A DNA stretch of 63,995 nucleotides, filler included, from Choristocarpus tenellus KU-1152 (lineage: Eukaryota; Protista; Phaeophyceae): assembly GCA_964200185.2 (NCBI GenBank). It is 14 parts of 14 records of this genome, joined end to end, with 100 filler letters (N's around TTAATTAATTAA, not from the genome) between each part and the next. Parts side by side here need not be neighbours in the genome. Positions count along the whole stretch, not along the records: positions 39,182 to 47,017 come from CAXNAD020005511.1; positions 47,118 to 50,835 come from CAXNAD020018325.1; positions 50,936 to 53,792 come from CAXNAD020024160.1; 11 more parts are not named here. One strand, given 5' to 3'. The notes below the pieces were generated by a model, which ran no database searches, was not told the origin of the DNA, and was given only the letters and a program-made list of their open reading frames with translations. This document shows positions 40,114 through 53,581 of this stretch, piece by piece. The position numbers and the translations under genes were made by a program. How positions within the stretch are numbered: the stretch's first letter is position 1; each line of letters opens with the position of its first letter.

Positions 40114-40290
40114 AACCCAAAGTATCTGTGGGGGGGGGGGGTCTACACCAGAGTGTCCATACGGACCAAAACCAGGAAAAGTGCACTTTCAATATCCATC
40201 CAACGTATGGAACTCAATCACCCAAGAATCGCGACTTGAAAAAATTGGTCCCATATAGACAGTTGTTACCCCCCCAAGATATTTTGAGCC
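40114..40290 (+). mobile_element. MITE family A, full-length
   Basis: ACCCAAAGTATCT...AGATATTTTGAGCC, colinear with 8567-8746. Confidence 0.9.
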
Positions 40291-40489
40291 AGTAGAAAGC
40301 ATAAGACACCAAGAAAGCGTGCAAGTCATGTATGTTCCATCGACAGTCAAGGACAGGTTGCTAGGAAAATCATAACTCCAAATGTGTTTCCAAGGTACTG
40401 ATATTCTCCAATTGAAAAAGGACTTTTGTTGTCCTTCTCTACACTCTTCCATCAACAACTTTAAATGGGTATTAACTCATCAGGAGTTA

Positions 40490-43400
40490 TCACCCAAGCC
40501 TAACCATTTTTGACCCCAAACCACCCTTCCAGGTGCGACTGATCCATCTCCATGCAGCATTGATTGGTGTGATCGTTCCCATCTCATTTTTCAGTCTGCA
40601 GCTTGACACTGATACATTGATCACCTTCACACTGTCCGGATTGCCATCGATGGTATCAAGTTGTACCGTGCACATCTCACTTGCTTGGCCCACTGCAGTT
40701 ACATGACCAGAGTAAAGATTCTCGGTATTGGGTTGAGTGTGGGGTTCTGCTTCACTACCCTTGTTCTCAGGCTGGAGGGATAGCTTTACAAAGACTTTTC
40801 TTCGATGCTTGATGTTCTCGCCGAATTTGGGCACTTCAGGACCAAATTGGACGAGCATCTGGCCATGGGTGCCAATCAGGGTCAGGGGGCAGGACAAGGG
40901 GATAGTTGATTACAACCATGACCGATTTAGACCATATGCCAGGGAGTCACACGTTATTCAATTCCCTTAAACAATCATCAAGAACCTGCTCATGCTACTC
41001 TTCTACTTGAGACTATACAACATACTGGGGGTGTGCAGAAAAGAACTACAAACCAAACTAATCTTTCTATTCCTCCCCTGAAAAGTACACCATGATCATG
41101 CAGCACAAAGAATGTTGGTATTGTAGATAATCATGGATTGTTGGTATCTACTGCCATACTAACCCAATAGAAGCTAACGAAAATAGATCATCACACTTGT
41201 ACCCTGATTTGAACAAGGTCAACATTAGTGACCTCAGGAAAGCGATATTGAACCACAAAACGCTCCATGTCACAAAATTCATATTTCCTGGCCCAACACA
41301 GGTAATAAGAGAGGCGGAGATGGTGTCATGTGTGCCCCTCACAAATTTTCAACATCTATATGCACTCCTTTTGGTTTGTACCTATGTAATATATTCTCTG
41401 TACTGAATCCCCTCCTACTTCTTCCAGATCTGGGGGGAGTTCACGATTGTACAGTTAAAACATTAATTTCACACCACCTTTACAGCAGGATATTACCATA
41501 AGCAAGTCAAGAACGTACACACCACATTAATGTGGAGATACCACTTCATTCTGCACACACTTATTTCAAATTGCTTGACAACAAAGTGGGCTAATCAACT
41601 GCTTGATAAACTCACCTGGTTAGACTACTTCCATCGGATGCGGATTATATCAAAGATCAACACATTTCAAGGTGTGGTCCGCTTTCAAAAAGAGCAAGAT
41701 TTACACCAACGGAACTATCTGTGTTCCTAGTGGTTAGTCACTAGGATATATTTGTCTTAGAATATCCTCTACTTAGCAATAGAACTCTTCAGTCTCCTTC
41801 TTCAGGCGCTCACCGTTGTGTAGAACACGAGTGTGAAGATGAGACTCTGGGCAATGATGAAGAGAATCATTCTCCCGAACTTAGAGAAGAAAACCACATA
41901 ACCAAACAGGAGAGGAATGCAAGCACCTATCGTGGAGAGAGCACTGCAAATTTCGCACGTTCCCCGCATCAGGTGTCCCCCAACCACAAGCAAAATGGTC
42001 ACATCAAAACTAAATATCGTGTCATGAGTTGTGTTCGCGTTGATGTATATTGAACCTCAATACTTTGAACATGCATTATGTTTCATCTGGGGTCTCGGTT
42101 GACATGAACGATTGACCTATCGAACTAATGTGGGTGAGTGTAACTGATGTTTTGTCTGGAGTCCAAAATATATGTTTGCATTCTTCCAGTTTGACAGGGG
42201 AAAAATAGGCCACAATAAGATCAAGCGGGTCTTAATCTACCCTTTTAAAAATCCATTCCATTGTGAGCAGCGCTACAAAACAAGGGTGTAGTGAGGAAGA
42301 AATGTGCCCAAAGTTGATAAAGAAAAACTGTGACAACGGCATTGACGAGGTAATCACCAGAAAGTGGGAAATATGTCTCTTTTGTAGAGGGAGATGACCG
42401 TGGTTGACAACAACATTCTGAGTTGAGGAGGAGTTGCAGATGATTCATAGCATACTCTAATCACACCATTCACAATGGATTAAACACATCCAACAATGCT
42501 TTAAAAATATCATATGTTGACAATAACAATGAAAAATGAATATGTTGATGATTGCAAAATCTACCCCCACACGCAACAAAAGAAAACTATGCAAGATTGG
42601 CCATCTCTGGTAATTCTATCTGCTCCAGAGTTGTCTCATCCATTATGAAAATTACCTGGAATTAACTGTAGAGATGTGAATCTAGATGCAAACACACAAA
42701 AAAATTATACATAAGGATAACACATGTTTCAACGATGTGCAGCACGTATGTACAGAAGAGTATCCTCCAATAATTAAATTTTCTCACTACTGGAAAATGA
42801 TCGCATCTTACCCTGAGAGGACTGAGGCGCCCATGGCCCCAAGCATGTCCTTGGTCCTTTTCTCCCTGGTTTCCTCACATGACTCCAGATACGCATGACA
42901 CAGGTGCATAGTGTAGTCAACACTGAAACCTACCACCTTGATTATATCAAGAGAATGTTTGAACAAAATGAGTTATTGAACCGGTGATCGTGGTTCAGAA
43001 ATACGGAAGTTGAAGTTGGGGATGAGTCATTTCCAACCCAGATATATGGATTCGATTGTGTCAAATCCTCCATAAACTGGGATCCCCTCCTTTGTCCAGA
43101 GCATATGTGAAGGAGGAGGTTAAAAAATTAAGATCTTGCTTTGGACAGGCATGCAAAGTTCCATGTCTGCAGGAGTGAAGTAGCCCCCTCACGTGGCACC
43201 TCATCTTCAGTGATCCTTACCCGCCCTAATGGGTTACCACCGTTACTAGTATCAACCTCAATCTATTTTGATCAAACCACCATTCTCCTAGATGGATCTT
43301 CCACTGTATTAGAAAATAGAACTTACCAAAATACGAACAGGAATGTTGGCTTGCGTCCAACAATCAATGGTTGACGACATTATACTTTTACTAATCCAAG

Positions 43401-45069
43401 CGTTTTTATGTCTCCTTGCTTCTGGTTTGAAAATTCTCGACGGCTTTGTCCACCTTGATATCTATTTAGTAGTGTCAGAAAATGAACATGTGTTGCAGAC
43501 GTAGTGTTGTTCTAAAGCAGCCTAAAAATATTATTCTTCTCATTGATACATCGGGTGCAATTTCCAGTTCTTCGTATTGGTCGATGTCGTGAAAGGATCC
43601 AAGAATCACCACGTTTCCGTATTTCCAAAGGACCAAGCAAAGTTCAGCACTAGAACAATCATTCAAGAGTTGAGAGAATTTTGTGGGAGGAACTAACATA
43701 CATGCGCCCTCAGACATTTTGCAGATAGGTCAGGGGAAAAGTCAAACCAACATAGTAGAATTACATAATAATTCAAGTATTCGGTATACAAATAACAACT
43801 ACACCCACCATCACAAGCATAATTGCTTCTACGACACCAAGCTTCCAGGAATTCAGCACTGTGAATGCTATTATTCCTCCCACCTACCAGGGACATTAAA
43901 CGCGAAAGGGCAGAGAATTAGGACTGGGAGGAGTGACTTCCTCAATGTTTAGGGATGGAAGGGGTGGAAAAGGTTGGTGAGTGTAAATAGACGCAAAACC
44001 ATGACATGTCTAAGGTTAGTACAAGTTTGTTGCATCCAAACAAAAAACGTTGAGGTTGACAGAAAAGGGTTCAGCACATTAGACAGGTCACGAACTAACA
44101 TATTTATATGTCACAAGTCACCTGGGCTAGGAAAATGTAAAAATAATTCGAATATCAAAGACCGAAGGTGCAGAAATGATCTGTCACTACTTATATTTAT
44201 GTTTCCTTCAACCTCTACATCTCATTAATTGTACGATTTCGAAGAACACCAAACCCTTCATTGATATACAATCCTCAGGTTCACAAAATATATAAAGTTG
44301 GTAGGCATAAAGAAAACAATACCCTCTTCCAGTGTAAAGATGATTTGCAACCACAACTCATGTGTTGGGAAACATGAGAACCTAGCTCAGTGGCTCGTTG
44401 TTTCTCTTTCTTTATGTATATCGTTGGTTCATATCGTAGATGTTCCATGTATACATCTATGTCAGAATACCCTGCATTGTTTGGCAACAACAACAAATAT
44501 TTTGAAGTTGATTTATAACAGATTTGTGCCACACAAAACATGAGCCAACTCGATGAAAAATACTTTGTCATGGAGACTATGTTCCAACCCTTAGACAACG
44601 GTGTGCATGTTATTGCTATTTTCTATTGAAAAGCTTTGCTTCTGCCATAGAAAACTTCCCGAGTTAGCACATGTACAATTGATCTGCAGTTCTAGACAAG
44701 CACCAAAGAACAACCACTGCATCGCAGTTCAACTAGATGGACAGAATTACCACAGTAGAGAGATAGAGCTCTGTCTATGATTATTTTTATCCGCGGGAGT
44801 TTACTTGGGTTTGAGTAGTGATCAAATAGGTGCACTTGTAAATTTAATATCAAAGCTACAAGAGCTGAACCCTTAACACACTGTTGAAAGAGACTCCCAC
44901 ACACATAGCCTCAAGATAATACAAGAAGTACAAATTAATTTACCATTGAGGTGACATTGAAGACAGCCATGAAGGACATGAGCCAGTTTTGGGTAGCAAC
45001 GCAGAGGATCAGAAAGGCAAAGGAAAGAGATATACTGATTCCTGTGAATACCTCCGAAATGATTGCCTC
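40490..45069 (-). CDS. Dispatched/Patched-family RND (sterol-sensing-domain family) membrane transporter, last 5 exons (~274 aa)
   Basis: Exons 45069-44944, 43883-43809, 42936-42812, 41943-41814 and 40858-40490 join in frame through GT-AG sites: ISLSFAFLILCVATQNWLMS...WKLGVVEAIMLVMVVGFSVDYTMHLCHAY...MGASVLSGALSTIGA...FFSKFG...MLVQFGP. The 5' exons were not found. Confidence 0.9.
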
Positions 45070-46074
45070 CTGTAGAAAAAATAAAGATGAAGAACAATCA
45101 GGTAGAAGAATGTGTAAGAGGGTGGGAAAGGGGGTGGGGTTAAGGAGAGGGACATGAGGGTTAGGCATGGTGTGCTCAGGTCAACAACAATCACCGCAGC
45201 TGTAAAACTACATCTTGATGCAACTTGGACAGGTTGAGACCAAATTCTATAACTCTGCCAGTATAACTGTATTTACTTCTCCAAACAAATTTGCACCGCC
45301 ACCCCTTGTTCTGTCCATCTATCCCTGAGTGCCCTGGCCTACAAATCTGGTATCTGCCCCAACTTTCCTGGACTCTGCCAAGCGAACAAAATAGTTAAAT
45401 AATGGAATGCAATTCTTTGGTAAACCAAGACCCTTCGGAAACCATTGCAAGTCAACTATTATTCTGTCATATCCTACAACTACACATGCAGTTAGATGAA
45501 GTCAGGCACTACCTATAACTTCATTGATAAAGCAGTAGGCACTATCCCCATTAGCTACAAAATCTCCGGCTGACAATTACTTCAAAATACACACAGCTTA
45601 GCAGTGTTACAAATTTTATTGATATGCCATATCTTTGAGAAAGTGACCAAAGGTATTAATATTTTAAACGATAAATGATTGTGTGGACTATGAATGTTTA
45701 AGAAAGCAAGTGGACACACGTTGCTCTGGACATGACACATTGCAGATTAAGTGGACTCAAGTGTTTATCTTACATTCAATTTCTTAGATGAAATGACCCT
45801 GAGCGCGTCCCGGACAACGGATTTCATGGAGCAAACAGAGCCAAGCATTCATATTTCTTTTTTGTTCTATCAAACTTATTCGATTTTCTCGAGTTCTATA
45901 ATATATCATTAAAAACTAGTGTATGAATATAGTGGTTGGTATCAGTAGAGCTTCGCCCTCTGGGGTTGTCTAATCATATCCTTTGATGTAGACATCGGAT
46001 TAGAAAAGTAAAAGCGTATTTGTGATGCCCGTCACAATGCCCTCTAGAGAACGGGCTTGGTGTTTGTTTTTCGC

Positions 46075-46926
46075 CATTTTTTCTTTTTTTGAAGAAAGAG
46101 CGGTCATATTGGGGTTCGAACCCTGGATTGAAGGTCACCAAGAGTGGCAACAGACAAAGTATTACTTGATTAAAGTATAGGGTTTAGACAGGAAAAAAGC
46201 CGCCTATCCTTTCTTCCTGTGTGTTCGCCCACCCACTCTTTGACCTCGGCAAGGACGTCCTCGTCGAGGCCCAGAACGAAACGCCTTTCATAGTGCCCTT
46301 ACTCTGACACTTTGATGTGACCCTTAGTTAGGAAGTCTCTCTCCCATTTACTCACAGTTTCCGACCTGACCATCGCCTATCCTGCTTCCATCTCGAGCGC
46401 TGTTTAATAGTCTTTCCCATTGTTCATACACAGGTATACGATTCGCATTGTTAGAGCCTTATCTGTCACATTTTCTAGTTGAGCGCTGGAAATACTTTCA
46501 TGATTCAGAGCCCTTGTTGCCCAACCCTAACATCTTCTTTCTCGTTTCCTTAAGCCACTCCGGCTCGCACAGCTTCCAAACAGCCAGGGCTTGCTGCAAC
46601 TGTTGACTACTAAGATATTCTACACCCGGGTAGTCGCTTAGGCGTTTCCTGAGCGCAATGGCACGTAGTTGCACTGCTCTCCTCCCCAACCTTCCCTTCG
46701 GCCGGGCCACTCTGGTTCTCCCTTCACCTGCCGTGACCAGACTTGACCACAAACTTCGTCACTGTACCACACCTAGTGATGGACTCGCTGTTCTTTTCCT
46801 GAGGCAGCAAAGACTGCAGAGCAGTGCTCCGATGTGGTTGAAGACCCAATCATGTTTGTGTGGTAATGCGTTCAATACATCTTCTCTCAGCGTCAGTGCC
46901 GCGACCGCGAGATTCATTTCGCGATC
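46075..46926 (-). mobile_element. 3' end of a non-LTR retrotransposon (probably RLE/CRE-like) with A-rich tail
   Basis: Homologous to 61745-62385; C-terminal peptide LRAIALRKRLS...LQQALAVW; conserved tail followed by an A-run. Confidence 0.65.
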
Positions 46927-47017
46927 GAGCCAAAGTATCTTAGAGGGTAGAGATGGGTCCATTTGGGGATCAAAATACAATGTTGTAATTTTGATGTAAT
47001 TTTGGCTATCGTGTTTG
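46927..47017 (-). mobile_element. MITE family B, right part at contig end
   Basis: GAGCCAAAGTATCTTAGAGGGTAGAGATGGGTCCATTTGGGG. Confidence 0.9.
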
Positions 47018-47149
47018 NNNNNNNNNNNNNNNNNNNNNNNNNNNNNNNNNNNNNNNNNNNNTTAATTAATTAANNNNNNNNNNNNNNNNNNNNNNNNNNN
47101 NNNNNNNNNNNNNNNNNCCCCCCTCCCCCCCCCCCCCCCCCCCCTCCCT

Positions 47150-47194
47150 TTTCCCATCCCCCCCCCCCCCCCCCCCCCCCAGACACTTTTGGTC
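47150..47194 (-). mobile_element. Probable MITE family A terminus near contig start
   Basis: C tract followed by AGACACTTTTGGTC. Confidence 0.55.
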
Positions 47195-50019
47195 ATTCAT
47201 AGACACAAAGCCTTAAACGTTCGGGCACACATGAGCGAGTACAAGACTGACTTCTACCGTGTACTTTGTCTTCACTGATGGTTCTTGTCATCCAACATAC
47301 ACCATGGTACAGAATATAAATACCAAATCATGTCCTTGAAATGAAAAATAAAACTAGGAGATGGCTGGCCAACATGGAAGTGGATACGTCACCTCCAAAG
47401 GGGTCATAAATCATATATCAAGACAAAAACCAATCAATAGAGTAGGTTCAAAGGGATTGAAGGTGGAAGTTGAAGATTCAGTGTTTGTAGTTTTCGTCAA
47501 ATATAGATGTTGAGTTTAGTTTAGGTCGAGAACGGACCTTCATGTTGTACATGTGTTGTAATGACTCTAGAGCATTTGTTTGTTACGCCAAATTCGGAGC
47601 ATGATAACAAGGCAACAAAAAGATTATACATATATAATTCTGCTGTCACCTGAAGTCGAAGCAACTTCAGCTAGTGGACATCCCTCTTTTCCACAACTTA
47701 GTTTCAAGCATTGCCAAGATTGAAAAGTTCTTCGGATGTGCTCTACTAGTCCGGCAATTGCTACTATGTTCTATTGTTAAGTATACCACTATTTATATTG
47801 TACTACACCTCCTGCAACTTTATCTTATCTTTAATTATATTTTTGTCACACATCATGATTCAGTCCATTCCCCCTGCCCTCTCTTCCCCGCAGATGAGTG
47901 AGGCAAGTCCGCTTGTGCACATCAAACAGGCTCTTCATCAGATAAAGGTGGTGTACCCCTTAGGAATGTTTAGAGCCTATGCATCTTTCCTATCGTTCTT
48001 GTCAACAACCACGAACAGTGCAGCATTTGATAGTCCTTGGAATATTGTCTCCAATCCTCGCCATCATGTCATAGCTCTCTTGACAGTTTCAAAATACTAC
48101 AGTTTTGGACTGTTGTAAACGTAGAATGTTGTTTATGCTATCTCTCGCTCAGGCCCTTCCAGGAGTCAGGACCTAGCTCACCAGTAAGGTATTTACCTCG
48201 ATTCAAACACATTAGTTTCACACCAATCTAAACTGCGCGTGAGCCTATGGTGCATTGTGAGAGGAAATAAGAACGTTTAGAATGACTAAGTCAATATTCT
48301 TCGAAAATGTACTAATCAAATTTGGATGCTGGCATCTTGTGTGGATGGATGGACCATTGACCCCTACACCACAATGATATGATGAACATTTTTCCTCTCA
48401 ACTTCAAGGCTCGTTGGATAGCTCATACCGCCTCCACTGGAATATCTGAGCAAGTAGTACTACTGTACCTTTGACTATGTAAACAAAATCACAAAACAAT
48501 ATTTAGGCTGAGATCAAGACCTTTGACCTTCGCATTGGAGTGGTGAGCCACTCACTCCTCTCCACAAAAATTCGGATGGCAAAGGTAGGTGGAATCATGT
48601 GCAGTTCTGAGAACTCTGTCATGAATAGGCGTAAGCAGCTCCTCTAAAATGTATTGCCTACGATATTTATCCTTCACTCCTATACCCTTCAAGGGGAAAT
48701 GGTTGGGATAAATCAAATCCTAGATAGAGGACAATCAACTTATATGAACACATTTCCGTAACTCTTTCTCGTTGTTGATGCCCAGCCCTTACCCTAAACC
48801 TATGATTCCTATTGGCGGAACAGAACCAGTGTTTCATTAATACCTCTACCACCATAGAGTAAGTATAAGATCACAAGGTTCTACAACACCTGCAAAGGCT
48901 TGGAGTATGCCACATCCCTCCACACAATACGTGGGATGTGAGTTTTCTTAGATATGGAATTTGCTTAACAAATTGTGGATACCTCCTTACTTACGAGAGG
49001 TTGGATATACTTTTTCTGGAGTGTGCAGCATTGTGCATACATAGTGCAAGTGTCTTACAAGATGTTGGTATTATATACAATTGTCAGTGTGCTTGTTACT
49101 CCCACACCAAGGCACGACACCGACCGAATTTCTACACACTAAAATCCCGCCTTCCAGGATGGCAAGATTGTCAAAACCATAATTCCCACAATTTACCAAG
49201 AGGCCCTTCATTATATCAGACTTCCCCTGATACAAACGTCAGCGACCTCAAACTATTCCGTTAGCATTTGCATCATGTCAGGTAGATATGGTGTATACTA
49301 GTGCACTTCTTGTGTAGTACTCAATAATTTGTACCGTGCTTTTTCTCAGTGCCTACTTAAGTGCCTGATTGCACATATGACCAGTCACGAAAAAAAAATT
49401 GAATCACTACTGAGGATGGACTCAAACAGACGTTGTATTTCGATAAAGAGAGGATCGAATTTGACAATGGCCTCGACCTCCAACCACCCCGACCTGTGGG
49501 TCACATGCCTTAGGTACTTGAGTATCTTCACTCCACTTGGCATTACATAGCGCAATTTGGACAACAATTTGCTGCCCTTGAAATCGTTCCATCTGAAAAT
49601 GAGATTCAGATTGAGCAACACTAAGAAAACTCCAGGGTGCCATCCCATGCTGAAGAGGCATGCCCTAGACCACCTTGTTGAGTCTTCACCTTGCCCTGGT
49701 GTATGATAGACCACCCTGTTGAGGCACATGTGCACTAACCTTTGTCCCAAGTAAGTTTGGAGCAAAAGACCCACCAGGCGAGTGGGTAGGACTCAAAGTC
49801 GTGCGATTTTTACCTATAAAGGCTGTTGGCAAGTTAGATTTCACCTGTCATGATCTTGAGCTAGATATGGAACCTGTAACTATCCAGTCATTTTCGAAGA
49901 ATATCTAGAAAACTAGTTCAGCAGGGTCTCGTAAACAGGTACTAATCTAAGAATGCATACATGCCGTTGTATTGGGTACAAGTCCATAGACCTTGCAGAA
50001 ACAGCTCACATCAAAAACA

Positions 50020-50196
50020 GGCTCAACGTATCTGGGGGGGGGTGGCGGCTGTCCATTTGGGATCAATTTTTTCATGTCGCGATTATTAGGTGATTTGGTT
50101 GCATATGTTGGATGGATAATGTAAGTGTACTTTTCCTAGTTTTGTCCCAAATCGATACCCTGGTGTAGTTCCCCCCCCCCACAGATACTTTGGGTC
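50020..50196 (-). mobile_element. MITE family A, full-length
   Basis: GGCTCAACGTATCTGGGG...ACAGATACTTTGGGTC. Confidence 0.92.
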
Positions 50197-50935
50197 ACCG
50201 TGGACCAAACTTTTTCATATTGACAACTCTTGGCACTTGCCATGATTCTTTTGTACATTAGTAGCTCTAATGTGGCAATCCCAACAGAGAAGAAACGCAT
50301 GGATTGGTTTCTTTAGGACCCTTACGCCGTAGGACCTATTAACTTGCGATAGGCTTAGAGAAGAATATCACTGTCAGAAAAGAACTATTGCTCAATGTCA
50401 CCATTCCATGTTTGAAATTTTGTCGCAGTTGGCTAATATCACAATAAGCTGTGTGTCTCACACATGGCAAGCAATGAACTTTTCTATCAGAAGAGAAGCA
50501 ATAAAATCACCACAGTAACCTGCTCGAAATCAAGGCAGTTCATCCTTGTTTCTTTTCCAATTTAAAGAATCGTAAGATGGGTGAAATTGAGGCAGCTCAA
50601 GAAAAATATAGATATCGGTAGATGATCTGATTTATCACTCCAAACCTGACATTAAATTCTTTGTCATTCATACCTCAAAATATGCCCCTTTCCCCCTTAT
50701 TCACATGCTACTCCCCTTTCACCTTTTAGAAGGCGGACACCAAGGGGGGGCAAAGGGCAGCTGGTTTAGGGGGGGCTGGGGGGGGACCAGAAGGAGACAA
50801 CGATGACTTTGACATCAGTGATAGTGAGGGGTACTNNNNNNNNNNNNNNNNNNNNNNNNNNNNNNNNNNNNNNNNNNNNTTAATTAATTAANNNNNNNNN
50901 NNNNNNNNNNNNNNNNNNNNNNNNNNNNNNNNNNN

Positions 50936-51021
50936 TGCGACCAAATCACACTAAAAAAGTGAGAATCGAAAAAAGGGTGAAAAACGGCCGCCGACACCCC
51001 CCCCCCCAGATACTTTGACCC
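50936..51021 (+). mobile_element. MITE family A variant, right half at contig start
   Basis: ACCAAATCAC...GCCGCCGACA-C tract-AGATACTTTGACCC. Confidence 0.8.
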
Positions 51022-52321
51022 TTGCTGTATTTCATGATGAAGAATGCAGTGTTTCCAACATATGGATTGGCAAATGTCCATTTGGAGCCGCCTCATTGGT
51101 GGGTAACTGATTTATCCGATTATGGCAACATATGTGACAAGCACCCTAATTCTGCACATCTGTTGTTCCCAAGCAAGGCTGCTCGCCAAAACTGTATTGA
51201 AAAACGTCAAACAGAAAATTGCAGAAAGTAGGACACCACATTTTGAATCACCTGTGACTCAGTACAATAGCAGTCTAGTTCTCAATCCTCATTGGGTGAC
51301 TTACAGCACAAGTGTGCATTGCGCTGTGCACAATCTGGTGTGTTCTTAAACCCCTAGCCCAATAAATTGATGTGATCGGATCTTTGTCCCCTCTCCTCAA
51401 TCTACAGGTTAATATCTCCATCTACAGTTTTATATGCCTAGCCTGCAGGCCAGGAGATTGGGAAGCCTGTGTCCAGAGTAGCCAGTGGGATGGTAGTGAC
51501 TGGACCAAGTTCAAGTGGGAACATCGAGGGAAGGGGGCAAGGGTTTGGTGTTACTGGTAAGGGATGTGTATGGGGATCGCGTGCCTCTTCCAGGGAAAGG
51601 GGACGAAGCTGCAGCAGTCGAGGACAGGGGTGTGACCCCTGAGGGTTTCATCGATGTTGGCTTCTTCACTCTCAAGATGAATGTAGGGTGCTATGTCAGA
51701 CCTGTACCAAACCACCAAAACGTTAAAATTACTGAGGCAATATGTTGCCCACATTACACAGTGACAGGCAGGTCCAGCAAACAAGACAAGTGCAGTTGGA
51801 GACTCTCCCCTTCTCAAAACTACGATGCAAACAACCACAGACACGAAAAGAATGTCTCACAATCACATGGAAGTAGGATACTTCTATCAGCAAGACTCTC
51901 CTGCCGTTGTGATCGAATCCAGTAGGGTATTGTAACAGTCTCCCCCCTCTTTAGCCATCCCCTCTTTACTCTTGTTTCGCTACTCCCAAAGACTGGAAAT
52001 ATCCAACTTGTCCTGCCCTTCTCTTGTTTCCTTCTCAAGGTACTCACCCCAAGTATCCAGTATCTTCTCCTTTCTCCTTACTGCACACCTTAATCACAGG
52101 GGTACCTACAGGTGACAGACAAACACATTTTGTGTTCCCTTAGCCACCTTTCGACCTTCTGGAAATGCTGACAGCTCAAGCCTGCGCCTGAGTAATGACT
52201 GATCGAACTGCTAGTTACCTCTACCCCTGAAAGTGGTGATTACAATTTAAGAGAGCGCGAATAATCAGCGAGAGGACCAAAGGACACACCAAACACGAAC
52301 AGTAATGCTGCTAGCGACCAC

Positions 52322-52592
52322 ATGCATAACCTCAAGGTCTTTCTCGTATTAGAGAGAGACCCTGAAGTCATGGTCTGGAGCACAGGCCGTTGATGTGACC
52401 GAGTACACACAGTATGGCGGACTCCACTCTTTTGCATAGCTCCAAGTTCGTAGGGAGAGATCCTGAAGCCATGATCCCAAGTGCAGGCCATTGATGCAAC
52501 CTGAGCTCTCTTGCATGGCCTCAAGGTTATAGAGAGAGACCCAGGAGTCATTATCTGTGGTACAGGCCATTCTGCGACCACATACACTCAGT
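52322..52592. repeat. Three degenerate tandem units of 80-110 bp
   Basis: Shared core AGRGAGAGAYCCWGRAGYCATKRTC..RG.RCAGGCCRTT at about 52351, 52452 and 52531. Confidence 0.8.
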
Positions 52593-52601
52593 AAGGTGAT
52601 T

Positions 52602-52782
52602 CTTACAGAGTAACTGTGGGAAGGGGGGGGGGATCTACACCAGGGTGTCCATTCGGGCCTTGACCAGGAAAAGTGCACTTACATTATCCATCCCACGCAT
52701 GCAACCAAATCACCCAAAAATAGCGACATGGAAAAATGAATCCCGAATAGACTGCCACCAGCACCCCCAGATACTTTGAGCA
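52602..52782 (+). mobile_element. MITE family A, full-length
   Basis: CAGAGTAACT-G tract-TCTACACCAGGGTGTCCATTCGGG...CCCCCAGATACTTTGAGC. Confidence 0.9.
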
Positions 52783-52937
52783 TGGTCGCAGGTCTATTCC
52801 TCGTCGAGGATGTGACGTCTGAGCCTCTTTTGCCACGATGCAGTCCCTGTCCCCTCTATTTGAGAGAAGTGAGATGAGACCAGGACGTCCCAAGGAGTGA
52901 ACAACAGTCCCATGTAGTAACCTTAGTATTCTCCCCG

Positions 52938-53199
52938 GATTAAAATTATCTTAGAGGGTACAAGTTTTACACTATTTGTCAGTTTGGGGCTTGGCTTCCC
53001 GTGAGTATTTTTATGACTTTTTCCTACTCCAATTTTTTCGGATTAGGTAAAATGCATGTATGTGTTATGAAAAGGTGTGACGGGAACAAGGATATTGACA
53101 CTTCCTAACAAATACACTAGCCAAGGTTTCGTCAAAATCACAACATTGGATTTTGGTCCTCAAATGGACGCGACTCTACCCCCTAAGATAATTTGGCTC
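52938..53199 (+). mobile_element. MITE family B, full-length (~262 bp)
   Basis: AAATTATCTTAGAGGGTAC...CCCTAAGATAATTTGGCTC; 4-bp flanks cccg and tccg. Confidence 0.88.
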
Positions 53200-53581
53200 T
53201 CCGCTATGAGAGATGTATGTCCAATCCACAAGCCTGTAGGCTGTTAAGGATGCTCGTAGACGATGCCACAATGAAATGTGATCAAATATGCTGGATCCCT
53301 TACTTTTATTAATTCACCTTATGATTTGATTGGGGTACAAGAAATTTTGGAGGCATGGGAATTGAATGGCCTCACCATGACGAAATAAGAAATAATCAAA
53401 GAAGCACATATACATAAATCTAGGACTTGACCTTTAAATGACGTTTATGAAATCACCATTAAGACCCATCGCCTGTGACAGATGAACCCATACACAAAGT
53501 ATAGGTTGATCTTTTCACAAGACACAGTGTCGCATACAAAACTAACTACCCCTTTGATTTGCATGTAGACATGCGACTATT

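Noticed and set aside
47700-49800. Possible DIRS-type RT or other coding relic
   Set aside because: The motifs are too degenerate to support a call.
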